Shown piece after piece: positions 13,015-26,343 of a DNA stretch of 64,000 nt. Within the stretch, counting starts at the first letter, position 1; every line of letters begins with the position of its first letter. The notes under the pieces are model-generated. The model made no database searches, was not told where the DNA came from, and saw only the letters and a program-made list of their open reading frames with translations. The DNA lies in NCBI RefSeq assembly GCF_006345805.1, contig NC_043015.1:1178001-1242000 (forward strand), written 5' to 3'. A program made the position numbers and the translations under genes. Source of the stretch: Octopus sinensis. Its lineage: Eukaryota.

Positions 13015-13230
13015 TTTAATCAAACGGGAAACAAAAAAACAACAACAATGGAACAATTACGGAACAATTACAGTATTATTATTAATAGGCGCGCAGGAAA
13101 TGGAAGCAGGGAGGTATGACGTTTCGAGCGAGCTTCTCGTCGGAAACATAAAGAAGGAAGAGAGAGGAAAGAGATCCCAGAGCGGGCAACAGGGAAAGAG
13201 AAAAAAGACGACTGGTGTTTACGAGTTGCA
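13015..13230 (-). mobile_element. Family F1-like element, degenerate, tail-to-tail with F2 at 12825
   Basis: Minus strand CCGACGA-GAAGCUCGCUC-GAAA-CGUC at ~13117-13143; the purine-rich flank matches F1. Confidence 0.6.
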
Positions 13231-13591
13231 CATGGTGAAAGCATATATATATATAAGCATATATATATATATAAGCATATATATATATATATATATGTAT
13301 ATATAATATATTATATATAAACAGTTGCTATCAACAAGGTGTATGGTTGGTCATTTATGTTTTAATCACTGCAATGTTTTCCACGCAACGTAGTTCTCTA
13401 GGTGTGCAGTCACTTAATTATACAACTGATTCCCTGCATTATGAGATCTAATAGTATTTTCTCAAGCGATATGTAAATATTGTCACCGTTGATTCAAAAT
13501 CCTCGGCTACACGTACAACCACCCTGTTTGTCGTGGCCTCAATTTATTAATACCGTTGAGCTTATCAGAGTGTGTTGCTGCATCTTTTTAT

Positions 13592-13622
<31 letters not shown>

Positions 13623-13705
13623 ATATAATATATATATATATATATATATAATATATAAAATATATATATATATACAACCATATACTACATATATACATAC
13701 ATATA

Positions 13706-13754
<49 letters not shown>

Positions 13755-14075
13755 GTATATATGTGTGTGTGTGTGTATGTGTATATGTGTGTGTGTATAG
13801 ATAGATATACAGATATAGATATAGATGTAGACAGAGATATAGACGTTTCTTATTTCATATCCAAACTTTTATATTAATATATTCAATGTTTCTAAATTGT
13901 TTGTCTTCCTTATTGCATCTAAACCGTTTTGTTCCCTCGTGTAGGTTTTCTTTACCTCGTCGAATCGTTCCCTGTAAAGGCATCGGCGTCTAAGTTTGAA
14001 TCATTTGATCATTACGAAGTGTCTTCTATACAGAGAATCCTTGGATCTCATTTGAGGACGACATACATACATACA

Positions 14076-14484
14076 TACTCTTTTACTCTTTTACTTGTTT
14101 CAGTCATTTGATGGTAGCCATGCTGGAGCACCGCATTTAGTCGAGCAAATTGACCCCGGGACTTATTCTTTGTAGGCCCAGTACTAATTCTATCGGTCTC
14201 TTTTGCCGAACCGCTAAGTGACGGGGACATAAACACACCAGTATCGGTTGTCAAGCAATGCTAGGGGGACAAACACAGACACACAAACACACACACGCGT
14301 ATATATATATATATATATACATATATACGACAGGCTTCTTTCAGTTTCCGTCTACCAAATCCACTCACAAAGCATTGGTCGGCCCGGGGCTATAGCAGAA
14401 GACGCTTGCCCAAGGTGACACGCAGTGGAACTTAAGCCGGAACCATGTGGTTCGTTAGCAAGCTACTTACCACACAGCCAATCC
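14076..14484 (-). mobile_element. SINE family A
   Basis: Colinear with 3430-3848. Confidence 0.9.
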
Positions 14485-14505
14485 TGCACCTACATGCATA
14501 TATTT

Positions 14506-14541
<36 letters not shown>

Positions 14542-14639
14542 CGTGTGAAAAGACAAAATCTTGAGAAAAATATTTTGGGCCGGAAAGAAAGTATTGAAAT
14601 TACTAATTTTAAGAGCTTAGTCTTGCGAGCGAAGACAGT

Positions 14640-15185
14640 GTGAGAGGGAGAAAAGAGAGAAACCGATATAAGAGGTGTAAGAGAGAGAGAGAGGGATTAA
14701 AATAAGATAGAAGGAAAGGTATAGCGAGTGACTGGCCGGATTATAAAAGGGAAAATGAATGAATAGATCGGCTGCAGGATAATAAATGAATATATGAAGA
14801 AAAGACGAAGGAGAAAAAGACAGAATGATGTAAGAAATGAAGAACAGTAGAATGAAAGACTATGCAGGAAAAGAAGAATAAAAATAAAAAGAGGGAAGAA
14901 ATGGAAAGAAAGCAGAAAGGAAGTCTGACCAGAAGTGAGTGTACAGACATTCAAAAGGAAAGAAAAAGAAAGAAAATTTTAAATGAATGAAAGTAAGAAA
15001 AGAAAAATGGTTTATAGAAATAATCAAGAAATAAAGATATGAATAAAAATCCTAAAAGAAACACACAAAAACATACATGAAACAAACAGAGGAGAAATGA
15101 GTGCAAGAGAAGCGAAAGAACACAAAAGCCGACATTAGAGAAGCAAAATGAGGCTGGAAGGCAACTCTTGTTGAATGGAACAAAC
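14640..15185. repeat. Purine-rich low-complexity tract
   Basis: Almost exclusively A/G on the plus strand. Confidence 0.8.
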
Positions 15186-15974
15186 AAATTAATGTCTCTT
15201 CAAATATGACTAGAATTTGGCCAAATATTTGTAAGCTAAAACAATACGGGAAACGTGTCGCTTTTATATATAGAAATATAGTACCGTAGAAAACAAAAAC
15301 TGAAAATTAAACAAATTGATATACATTGAAATAAACCAAGCTGATCAGTAAAGCATCGAACAGAGAAGACACTATACATGGATGAGTAAGAAAATAAGGT
15401 TAAATTTCATTCATGAAATCCCGGTGATGACTGTCTTATTCAATTGTCCCGGCTTCGATAAAATAATATATTTCATGTAATAAGGTCGGTTTAATTAGCC
15501 TGATGTTCTTACCTTTCCAAATGTACAAACAAAAAACTCTGCCTCATGCTCATATAAGAAGTAATGCTTCTATTTTTTGATATCTATGTTGACACCACAC
15601 ATTATGAGACGTGTCTTGAAATGACACTTTCACTGACATCCATAATAATAACTGCTATCAATATGTTAATCTTGAAACGATAAAATAGAATACCAGTGAA
15701 TTACAAGTGTCGAGGTAATCGACTAATTCACATATTCTAAATTTTCTTGAGTTATACCAAAAACATTGTAAAGAAAAGAATTTTTTTTTCCCTCTTGCTT
15801 TGGGTCGTTAGTGGTATCTCTTACATAATTCTTTCTAGAAATCAATGATTACTTTTACCTCCAAATTTTGTTTTGAGATCTGGACATCAATAACCTATTT
15901 TGCATTACATTTCATACATATTCACCGCTTACTTGTCGAAGCAGAATTATTTTTATAGCAATTACTATACTCAG

Positions 15975-16110
15975 TACCACATATTTGCATGTCAGTTGAT
16001 TGAGCTTAACCAGTTGAGCATATCCCTTAGTGGCTCCCGCTATGTGCATGTCTGATCATGAGCAGGAATAATAGAGGAGCATCATAGCCATGTGTTTTCA
16101 GGGATTCTTC
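15975..16110. repeat. Dispersed repeat family G fragment
   Basis: taccacatatttgcatgtcagttg...cttaaccagttgagca...gagcatcatagcc aligns with 21207-21315. Confidence 0.6.
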
Positions 16111-16340
16111 AGGCTTTGATTATATGTAACAAAAGAAAGTTATGTGGGTTTTGAGGAGAGTCAGATTGTCTTCATGCCTTATTATCTAACACAATGGATC
16201 TTAGAGGTTGGGAGAGCAACCATCTTAGGGAGAGTGCCTAAGAAAAAATACTGCTGGTATTGTACCCAATTATTCAATCGCAACTGAGTGTCATATATGG
16301 GCTGGGATAAAAAATGGTTACCCCTAAAATATTACGGCAA

Positions 16341-16495
16341 AGGTGTGGCTGTGTGGTAAGTAGCTTGCTTACCAACCACATGGTTCCGGGTTCAGTCCCA
16401 ATGCGTGGCAACTTGGGTAAGTGTCTTCTACTATAGGCTCGGGCAGAAAAAACCTGTGAGTGGATTTGGTAGTCGAAAACTGAAATAAGCTCGTC

Positions 16496-16544
<49 letters not shown>

Positions 16545-16790
16545 AGTGAGAGAGAGAGTGTGTGTGAGTGAGAGAGAGAGTGTGTGAATGCTTGTATGTC
16601 TGTGTTTGTTTCCTGACCGTCGCTTGACAACCGATGTTGATGTCTTTACTTTCCCGTAATTTAGTGGTTCAGCAAAAGAGACCGATAAGATAAGTAAAAG
16701 GCTTGCAAAGTATAGGTCCTGGGGTGGGTTTGTTCGACTAAAAGGGGTGCTCCAGCATGACCTCAGACAAATGACTGAAACATATAAAAA
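16341..16790 (+). mobile_element. SINE family A
   Basis: Head ggtgtggctgtgtggtaagtagcttgcttaccaaccacatggttccgggttcagtccca; tail atgactgaaaca. Confidence 0.9.
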
Positions 16791-16814
16791 AGGAAAGAAA
16801 AGAATGCAGATATT

Positions 16815-17000
16815 ACACCCCACCAAAAAAGAACAAACACAAAAAATAGCAACGCGAGGACGTGGTATATGTAAGGTATTAGCAGACACTCAGCTCAGGA
16901 AAGGAAAGAAATATGGTTAACGCTTCGTGCAAGAGCTCTTCTTCAGAAACAGCGGGAAATCCAATGGAAAGGAAGACGGAGGAAGTTAATAGATATGATT
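16815..17000 (-). mobile_element. Family F1 element, degenerate HHR
   Basis: Minus strand CUGAAGA-A-GAGC-UCUU-GCAC-GAAG-CGUU at ~16917-16946; contains aacgcgaggacgtgg. Confidence 0.65.
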
Positions 17001-17030
17001 ACATTTCGAAAATGCAGATATATATATATG

Positions 17031-17241
17031 TAACAGGAAGCTTTATGAAAATAAACAAAAGACGAAGGCAGGTGGAATACAAACAAACAATTGTACTAGT
17101 ATGGCGCTTAGGAATATAAATAAAACGAGTCTTTTACGTTTGGAGCCTACGCTCTTCAACAGAAGATACACAGAAAAGAAACACGGAGAGAAACAAGGAA
17201 GAAAAAATGCGTGCAGAAGCTAGCGAATCAACATGGCGATC

Positions 17242-17242
<1 letters not shown>
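17031..17242 (-). mobile_element. Family F2 element, full length, flanked by (TA)n on both sides
   Basis: Reverse complement of 41231-41446 from agatcgccatg to the 3' end. HHR CUGUUGA-A-GAGC-GUAG-GCUC-CAAA-CGUA (G12 mutated). Confidence 0.85.
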
Positions 17243-17309
<67 letters not shown>

Positions 17310-17341
17310 ATATATATAATATATATATATAATATATATAT

Positions 17342-17398
<57 letters not shown>

Positions 17399-17859
17399 GA
17401 TATATACACATACATATACATTCATACATTCGTACATATACACATTTTTACATAGATAGATATGCATATACACATGGAGTATACAGAGAATGTTATATTT
17501 TCATATTAGTACACATAATCCATTCTCTGTTTTCACCGAGAACAGAAAATGTGTAAGAATGACTTCACGCTCTTCTCATTCCACGTTTTAAAGTTAGCAA
17601 CTCTACATTGTCTGGTGTACGCGCGTTCGAATCACAGTCTTTGCTATCCAATGTGTCAATAACCTCAATGAATTAATATCCTGTCCTCTTATAGATAGAT
17701 GAAAATGAAATTATAGAAAAAAAATAATAAAAAAATCTTGAGGACTTGAATGTGTGAACGGAAAACTGGTTTATTTTGTTACTTTCTGTGGGTTGGGCTT
17801 GTGAGATTAAGAGGAGTGTCATGCAGACGCTAGAGAGATAAAGGTAACCATAACAACGA

Positions 17860-18208
17860 CAGAAGAAGCAGTAACAACAACAACAGTAACAGTAGCAACA
17901 ACAACATCAATATCAGTAACAACAACCACAACAACAATACAAATATAAATAACGTCAAGAACCGAGTATTCTCAACATCATCATCATTATCATGACGATG
18001 AGGATGATCATCATCGTCTTCATCAGCATCATAACCAACACCATCGCCATAATCATCATCGTCATCATCATCAGCAGCAGCAGCATCAATAAAAACAACA
18101 AAAACAAACATATCAACAGCATCACCAGCAGGAACAACAATAACAAACTCAACAGCAATAACCAGAATAATAATATTAATCATGATGATGATAATAATAA
18201 TAATAATA

Positions 18209-18259
<51 letters not shown>

Positions 18260-18450
18260 TAATATTATGATGATGATGATGATGATGATGATGATTATGA
18301 TGATTATGATGATGAGGGCAACGACGTTGAAGATGATGATGATGATGATGATGATGATAATAATATAATAATAATAATATAATAATAATAATAATAATAT
18401 AATAATAATAATAATAATAATGACGACAGCGTCGGCAACAAGAGAAGCAT
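17860..18450. repeat. Compound trinucleotide microsatellite (AAC/CAT/AAT/GAT)
   Basis: Direct reading. Confidence 0.95.
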
Positions 18451-19839
18451 TGATTAATAGAAATATAGTTACCTGGAGCTAGTGACAAATTAGGCAATTG
18501 GGTCCCTGTTACGGCAAATGGTTTGTGGGTGGATTGAATTTAATTAGTGACGGGGTCCTTCGCTTTTGACATTCGTGTCAAAAAGGGACAGGGTATTTTT
18601 GAAAGAAGCGTTAGAGATAACGAGCGAGAAGAATGTCGAGAGAGAGAGAAAGCGAGAGAGAGAGAGAGAGAGAGAAAGAGTGTGTGTGTGTGTGTGTATG
18701 TGTGTGTGTGACAGCTTCAGCGGGAGAGAGGGAGAGAAGGAGAGAAAGAAAGAGACAACAGACTGGGAAACTGAGTGAGGGACGTGGCAAGATTAAAAAT
18801 AAGACAGGTGAAAACAGTAACAGGGTGGATGATGTGAAGAACCTGCTGGGTGATAATGGGGTAGATTTGGTAAGAAGAAAATAAAAGAATAGGAAGAAAA
18901 AAAATTAAGAAAACTTAATCAAACGGTACGTACATATACAGTAAGAAGAAAATAGGTTTTAAATTAGAAACAGGAACGTTTATATACACGTATGTTCATA
19001 TGTATGTATATGTATGCTTATATCATATGCGTATAACTCTGAATATGTGTCTATGTATATATGTGTGTGTAATGATAGATACTTTGAAAAATATACATAC
19101 ATAGACACAAACACACACACTTACTTACACATACAGATATATATATATATATATATACACATATATATATATATATATATACATACATGCAGATATATAT
19201 ATATATATATATACATACACACATACATATATACATATACACACGCAGGTACACAATCATACACACACACACGAAGGCACATACATATAGTAACTATATG
19301 TAATATGATGCAACATAGGTGGAGTGCATTGTCAGGAAGGTCGGATGCGACGTAACCATTTTAGCAATCATTCACAAAGTTTTCAGTTTTCATCATCCTC
19401 CTCGTAATCATTGCCATCTTGATATATATCTTCATCATGATCATCGTCGTCATTATCATCGTTTTCATCTTCGTCATCATGATCATCATCGTCATCAACC
19501 TCATTGTTTAGACCTGTCGTTTTCCTCGTCTTCAGCCTGAGCTCGTTATATTTTTCATTTTCTTTGTAAAAAAGTTATATACTTTTATACATAGGCGGGT
19601 GTTGTGTGAATTCCTGCGTGTTAGTATTCTCGTATATCACCACTGCATTCAAGTGTGTGAGCGGCTCTGTGTATTTAATAGAAAAACTCCATCGTGTAAA
19701 TTGTCGAATTCCCTCCCATAACACATGAATTTAAATTTGATGATCGTTGTCGATGCTTAGTCATTGTATTGTCTGACTACGTAGATCCTCAGCGAAGGTG
19801 TTGCTAAAGATAACCAGGCCAGATTTTTCAAATTTACAA

Positions 19840-20050
19840 AACTGTATGTCACCGCCACTTGGCAATCGGCATGTGGAAACTGGAGTTTGTTGATTTAAAT
19901 CCACGAACTATTGTCCGGCAAACGAGGCAGATAGAATAAGTACCATACTTAAGAGATATTGATACTAGGATCGATCTGTCTGGATGAGCCATTCCTGGCG
20001 ATGCCCCAGTATGGCCTCATTCTAATGGTTGAAACATATACAAGAAAAAA
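19840..20050 (+). mobile_element. Degenerate SINE with a family A-like tail
   Basis: gatagaataagtacca...ggcgatgccccagtatggcc...tctaatggttgaaaca resembles the family A 3' half. Confidence 0.45.
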
Positions 20051-20153
20051 TATAAAGGTATCCTGCGACTCAGTGGAATCTATTAAGCGTTTGCAATCGA
20101 AACTCAATATTAGTACCATAAATGATCGGATTTAATGTAGTGGAAAATATATT

Positions 20154-20388
20154 TATTTCTTTACTACCCAGAAGGGGCTAAACACAGAGGGGACAAACAA
20201 GGAGAGGCAAACGCATTAAGTCGATTGCATCGGCCCCAGTGCGCAACTGGTACTTAATTTATCGACCCCGAAAGAATGAAAGGCAAAGTCTACATCGGCG
20301 GAATTTGAACTCAGAACGTAATGGCAGACGAAATACGGTTACGCATTTCGTCCGGCGTGCTAAAGTTTCTGCCAGCTCGCCGCCTTAA
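20154..20388 (-). mobile_element. tRNA-derived SINE family E, full length, perfect 16-bp TSD
   Basis: Minus-strand head aggcggcgagctggcagaaactttagc...ctgagttcaaattccgcc; centre tttgcctttcattctttcggggtcgataaattaagtaccag. TSD tagtggaaaatatatt at 20138-20153 and 20389-20404. Confidence 0.92.
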
Positions 20389-21206
20389 TAGTGGAAAATA
20401 TATTATTAAACGTTTTCAAGAACAAGACACTTCATGTTATATTCATCATTATATTGCTTCGAAGAATTGTACATTATATATTCCCACTGATTAATTAATA
20501 TAATACACTAATTAACAGTAGAAATGGTTGTAATATCTGACCCAATAAATAATCTTAAGGAGGTCGTTGTCGAAATAGTTAAATAGATTTTGTTTCTGTT
20601 ATTGCAAATACCGACGCAAGACGGCTGATAAAAAATGACGTGATTTGGAGACAGTGCTTATATCGAGGCCAACAACACACATGAAGCAATGTTCTTCATC
20701 GCTGTTTCTATTGAGCTTATACTACTTCTTTCTCTTATAAAATCGACATTAAACACATAGAGTTAATTTGTTTTGCATAAGCATATCATAAAGCAAGGAC
20801 GCTGCACTCCAATAAAATATGCTACAAGGTAAATTTCGAAATCAGTATAGCTGTGAAAGCAGCAGAGAAAAAATTTGGTATTACCTTCTTCTGATACGGT
20901 TGGGGGTGCGGGAAGGTGTCAGATACGTGAGACGAACGCTATACCACCCAGATATCGTTTCAGCAATTTATCATTAAGCTAAACGGCCTCTAACATGGAT
21001 AGCAGTCAATTTTAACAATGTTAACGCTATATGATAGGTATTCGAAAGCCTTTTATAGACAAACTTTCGAAACATCGAAAATGTTGATTTGCTCTTTTAC
21101 TGACAGCAAATTCAATTTCGAGCGCAATGCAGCTGTGAAAACAGAATGGGAAGATCAGATAGTTACTGCTGACAAAGTTATGATACAGCAAATATTCTTG
21201 GTCAAT

Positions 21207-21470
21207 ACCACAGATTTGCTTGTCAGTAGTTTGACCTTAACCAGTTGCGCATGTGGTTGACGATATATGCTTCACTGATCGCAAGCAGAAGTAGCGGAGG
21301 AGCATCATAACCAGGAATTACTTGGGGTTTGGATAATTCAAACTTTGGAAACGTGGTTGTTTCGTTCAACATCCTTAAACCCTTATTCAGTGACGTTTTG
21401 AGAGGGATGTGCTACTCGACCAGAAGAAAACTCTAACTGGGCCCCACATGCCCCGTTTATCTTGAGGTTC
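21207..21470. repeat. Dispersed repeat family G (longest copy)
   Basis: Overlaps both the 2070-2162 and 15975-16110 fragments in colinear order. Confidence 0.6.
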
Positions 21471-21609
21471 GATCAACCTGTCACGCACATATCCTTGTGG
21501 TGCACGTTCCTGGTGTACCTTTATCAGATGGGTAGTCATGATGGGTATATTGGGCTTCGTGTATTTTACGCCAGTGTCACTTTGATGGCATGTACTGCTC
21601 ACTCACTCA

Positions 21610-21650
21610 ATAATAATAATAGCAACAACAACAACAAAATCAACAACAGC

Positions 21651-21692
<42 letters not shown>

Positions 21693-22202
21693 TAATAATA
21701 ATAATAATAATATTAATAATAATATTAATAATAATAATGACGACGGTGGTGATGATGATGACGACGACGACAAATGATATTGGTGTTTGTGGTGGTGATA
21801 GTGGTGGGGGTGGTGTAAGAAGAAGATGAAAAAGTAGAGGGATGTTGAGGATGAGGAAGGGGGAGAAGGAAAAGAAGGAGAAGAAGAAGATGATGACGAC
21901 GATGATGAAGAAGAAGAAGAAGAAGAAGACGACGACGACGATTGAAGAAGAAGAAGAAGAAGAAGAAGAAGAAGAAGACGATGACGACGACGATGAAGAA
22001 GAAGAAGAAGAAGAAGAAGAAGAAGAAGAAGAAGAAGAAGAAGAAGAAAAATGAGAAGAAGAAGAAGAAGAATTTAGGTTAAGGAGGATATGGAGAAGAA
22101 GTGAATTGCAGAACAAGCAGTATAAATAGGTAGCCTGTTACCCTAAAGCCAAAAAATGAAAGCATCTATAATGATAATATTGATAATAATAATAATAATA
22201 AT

Positions 22203-22233
<31 letters not shown>

Positions 22234-22260
22234 GTAAGACTAATAATGATAATGATGATG
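21610..22260. repeat. Compound (AAT)n/(GAC)n/(GAA)n microsatellites
   Basis: Direct reading. Confidence 0.95.
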
Positions 22261-23194
22261 ATTTGTGAATACTCAACAATAATATATGTGACAATATTTG
22301 CAAAAATAACAACAAATGTGACACCAATAAAAGTATGACCACAAGCAATAACACTTCGAACATGAAGAAGAGCGACAACAAAAAATGTAAACAACCACAT
22401 CGCAACTACAAACAGAATAAATATAAAAGAAATATAAGCCTGGAAAATAGTGACGAAATCATCATCATCGTCGTCACCAGCAGCAGCAGCAGCAGTAAAT
22501 GCAGCAGGAGCAGCAACATCAACAACAATAACAACAAAAGCATGAGGCTTATACTGCAAATAGAAAATGTGCTTTTTGAAAACTTGTACATGTTTCTGTG
22601 CGTCTATATGACTAAGATGATATTTATGGCTTTAAAGAAAATTGAGAACTTAATAAAGAGAAGCATTACACTGGAAGATGTTTATTTTTGTTTGTTTTGT
22701 TCGATATTCTTTTGAGGTATTTTATTTTTTTTTTGTATTTGTTAGAATATATACATTTTTCTCACGATACTCTGCGAGAGGATTTTTCTTGAGAACATTA
22801 GCCATAAAGAGATAAGCTTTCGGTTTTTGTTACATATGTCACGTTGTATATATATATATATTGAGAAAAATCTACGAAGATGTGTGTGTTTCCAGAGGGC
22901 TTTATTCTTTTTCCACGAAATATTTCCATCTTTTACGCAGTTGATGATAATTGGCGAATAAAAATAACTAAATGAATAAAGGTGAAAGTAAAAGCAAGCA
23001 AATACACAAAAATATGCTAAATGACAACAGAGAAGTGACATTAAGAAGACAAAAATAACATAAAAACAGCGGTTTCCTTCAAAGGTTATCATGAAAACGC
23101 CCGCGTAAACGTTCAGGGTTACGATTCAATTGATAAATTTTAATTGATAAGACTTTTATATTTTTAATCTTATTATTTATTTTGCATTTATGGC

Positions 23195-23395
23195 TTTACG
23201 TTGGTGGAATCGTTAGCAATCCGGGGGGAAAACCTTAGCAGAATTTCGCTCGTTTTTATGTTCTGAGTTCAAATTCTATATTATTTCAAGGTCAATCAAA
23301 TAAATACCAGTGGGGTCAATGTAATCGACTAAACCCCTCTCCAAGGATTTGCTAGCTCTGTGCCAAAAATTGAATCTAGGATTGTTTTCGAATTT
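23195..23395 (+). mobile_element. Degenerate family E SINE
   Basis: ggaatcgttagc...ttctgagttcaaattc...aataccagtggggtcaatgtaatcgact. Confidence 0.6.
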
Positions 23396-23710
23396 GAATT
23401 TGATGGATTACCAGTAACGTTAATTGGCTAGAAAAAATGCTTTAATTATTTTTTTCTCACCAGATCTTTACATTCTGAATTCAAATCACCCTGCTTTCGA
23501 CTTTGATATCGTCTTTCCGAGTTCGATAATTGAATTTCAAAATTCAGCAAAAATGCATTTTTGGGGGCTCTTAAATTAGAAGCTATATTTCAAACTTCAC
23601 CCCACCATCAAGATGAAAGAGATACAAGGTAATAGAATTTCTTCACAGCCATCTTAAATATCTGAGCATAAATGCAGGGTAAGATTACAGAAGAATGCTT
23701 TTCAGCTTAG

Positions 23711-23895
23711 GCGCAGGCGTGGCTGTGTGCTAAGAAGCTTGCTTCCCATCCACATCGTTCCAGTTTTAGTCCCACTATGTGACACATTCGGCAGGTGTCT
23801 TCTACTATAGCCTCAGGGCGATTAAAGCCTTCCGAATAGATTCGGTTGACAGAAACTGAAAGAAGCCCGTCGTATATATGTATATATATATATAT
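23711..23895 (+). mobile_element. SINE family A, 5' half only
   Basis: ggcgtggctgtgtgctaagaagcttgct...aaactgaaagaagcccgtcg, ending in the internal (TA)n. Confidence 0.8.
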
Positions 23896-24686
23896 ACTTT
23901 ACGATAAGAAAAATGTAGGAGAAAACATTTAGAATATAATATGGAAGGTTAAAAATTATAATAAACATTTTCTCCCATCTTACTCTTAGCTTTGTTTTAT
24001 TTTGCAAAAGAAAATCAAAAATCAATTTATGGCTTATTATTGATTAAATTTTAAATTACATATATATGGTGGCACCAAAATTTTTTAAGTGCTTAGGGCC
24101 TCAATGGGTCTTAATCCTGCCTTGAGAGTACGTACTTGAAAACGTTTAACTCTGGTGTCATGCTCACAAAGGAGTCTTTTACTTTCAAACGCAGATATCG
24201 TTTAAAAGCCACAGGAACCTAGATAAACTTCTGATTGTCCTTTAGGAGCGAGATAGATTTTAATCGACATATATCTGTCTCTGTTTGTATATATATACAT
24301 ACAATTGCAAACAATAACCTTCAGAGTTTAGTGCGAAAAATCGTGTGTGATGATATTCAATTTGTGCTAAATTACTGCCAAGGTGTGAGAACATTTCTGG
24401 ATTTAATATGCAACTATCACGAGTATGTTGAGAACAGAATACAGGGCATTGACACCACGTTTTTGCAAAAATTAACCAATTTAATTACACTACCTTATTT
24501 AAATATCATAGGCCATTACAAACAAAGGGACGTATCCATTGTACATAATTCACCATGTTATTAATTTTGAATAAACAAAATCAACGGACTTGAGTAAAAT
24601 TACGTATTAATTTGTCAATGTGTGTGTATGTGTGTGCTTATGCATGTGTGTGTGTGGGTGTTTGTGTATGTATGTGTGTGTGTGTA

Positions 24687-24945
24687 GAGGCGCGTGGCTT
24701 AGTGGTGTGGGTGTCAGCACCATGATCGTAAGATTGTGGTTTCGATTGTTGGACCGGGCGACGTGTTGTGTTCTTGAGAAAAACAGATCATTTCACGTTG
24801 CTCTAGTCTACTCAGCTGGCAAACATGAGTAACGCTGCGATGGACTGGCGTCTCGCCCAGCTCAGGAACACATACGCCATTAAAACCGGGAAACCAGGCC
24901 CAAGAGCCTGGCTAGGCTTTAAGAAAGGGTGCATTTATTTATTTA
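24687..24945 (+). mobile_element. SINE family B
   Basis: gaggcgcgtggcttagtgg...ggtttcgatt...ctcagctggc...aggctttaagaaagggtgca; matches 10169-10417. Confidence 0.9.
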
Positions 24946-24947
24946 TT

Positions 24948-25017
<70 letters not shown>

Positions 25018-25059
25018 ATATATATAATATATAGTACCGTCAAAAAATGTGGCATTGCG

Positions 25060-25791
25060 ATGGGTACCAAGGCTGCACCAGTCCTTGCGAACCTCATAAT
25101 GGGTTACTTCGAACTGTCACTCTATGAAATATCAAGCCAGAAATTTGGACATGCTTTCCACACCTACCTAATGGAAAACTGGGAAAGGTATTTAGATGAT
25201 TGTTTCATCATATGGAAAGAACCTTATGAAAAACTCCTGGAATTCAAAACCATACTAAACAACATACATCCCAACATCCAATTCATTATGGAATTAAGCA
25301 AACATCATCTCCCATTCCTTGATCTCCTAATTATAAAAACACCTAAGAACCAAATTATAACAGACATCTACCACAAACCTACAGACTCACAACAATACCT
25401 CCTCTTTAGTTCATGCCATCCAAAACACACCAAGACAAATATCCCTTTCAATTTAGCTAAAAGGGTATGCACCATTGTCTCGGATCCAAAAACACGAGAA
25501 ATACGCCTTCAAGACCTCAAAAAAACACTATTACAACGTCAATATCCCTCCACCCTTATAGAGTATGGAATAAAACACGCCAAAGAACTAGACAACACTA
25601 CACTGAAAACCACCCAACCTAACACCACACACAACCTCAAAATACTTCCATACATTCCACCCACAACCACAAAAATATCGAAGCATACACCACAATCATA
25701 CAAAACCTCAGTCTACTGTCAACAGACCCAAAATGAAAACACTATAAATACACACAAAATCCTCAATGCAAAAGGCAACACAAATCTTTAA
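25060..25791 (+). pseudogene. Penelope-type reverse transcriptase, C-terminal part and thumb
   Basis: YRQK-(+1 A)-CGIAMGTKAAPVLANLIM (PLE motif B'), RYLDDCF (catalytic YxDD), LPFLDLLI, IYHKPTDSQQYLLFSSCHPKHTKTNIP (PLE thumb). Frameshifted near the end. Confidence 0.9.
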
Positions 25792-25848
25792 AAAAACTCT
25801 TGACAAATGCCAAACTTCACACACCACATCCACCCACAACAGTAAAAA

Positions 25849-26343
25849 AATGTGCACGCTCAAACTGTGGTACCTGCCCCTTTCTACTTGAAGGCTCTGA
25901 ATTTACCTTCAAACAAGTGCGAAGTTAAAATCAAGACTAACTTCTCCTGTTCCTCCGAGAACCTTATCTACGTTCTCACATGCGCTGGTTGCCAACATAA
26001 TTATGTTGGACAAACGAGTCTCCCGTTACGTAAACGAGTAACGGTGCATAAAGAACAAATAAATCTCCCGGAATACCGACAAATTCCACTGAGTGACCAC
26101 TTAGACTCATGTGCTAAAGACTTAAACCCCAAATTCTATATATTCCCCTTCTACCAATGTAAAGACGTGATCACCACACAGGAGAGAATTAACAAGGAGA
26201 ATCTCTTTATTGAAAAATTCCAATATGCAAACTCCTCGTTGATCAAACTTCCTTTCTCTGCCTCACTCTTCATGGATGGACTAACACAAATATATAAAGA
26301 TACCATGCATTCATCACTTCAAGCTAAAACTTATATTCTTTAA
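25849..26343 (+). pseudogene. Cys-rich linker plus GIY-YIG endonuclease of the Penelope-like element
   Basis: An alternate frame from ~25849 reads KCARSNCGTCPF (C-x4-C-x2-C). The ORF frame has TNFSCSSENLIYVLTCAGCQHNYVGQTSLPLRKRVTVH (GIY-YIG signature) and RINKENLFIEKF. Confidence 0.88.

Noticed and set aside
24065-24123. Possible hAT-type MITE 3' end (ggtcttaatcctgccttg; similar at ~37065-37086)
   Set aside because: No matching 5' inverted terminus found nearby.
24235-24564. 109-aa non-repetitive ORF
   Set aside because: No family motif recognised and a non-ATG start; length compatible with chance.
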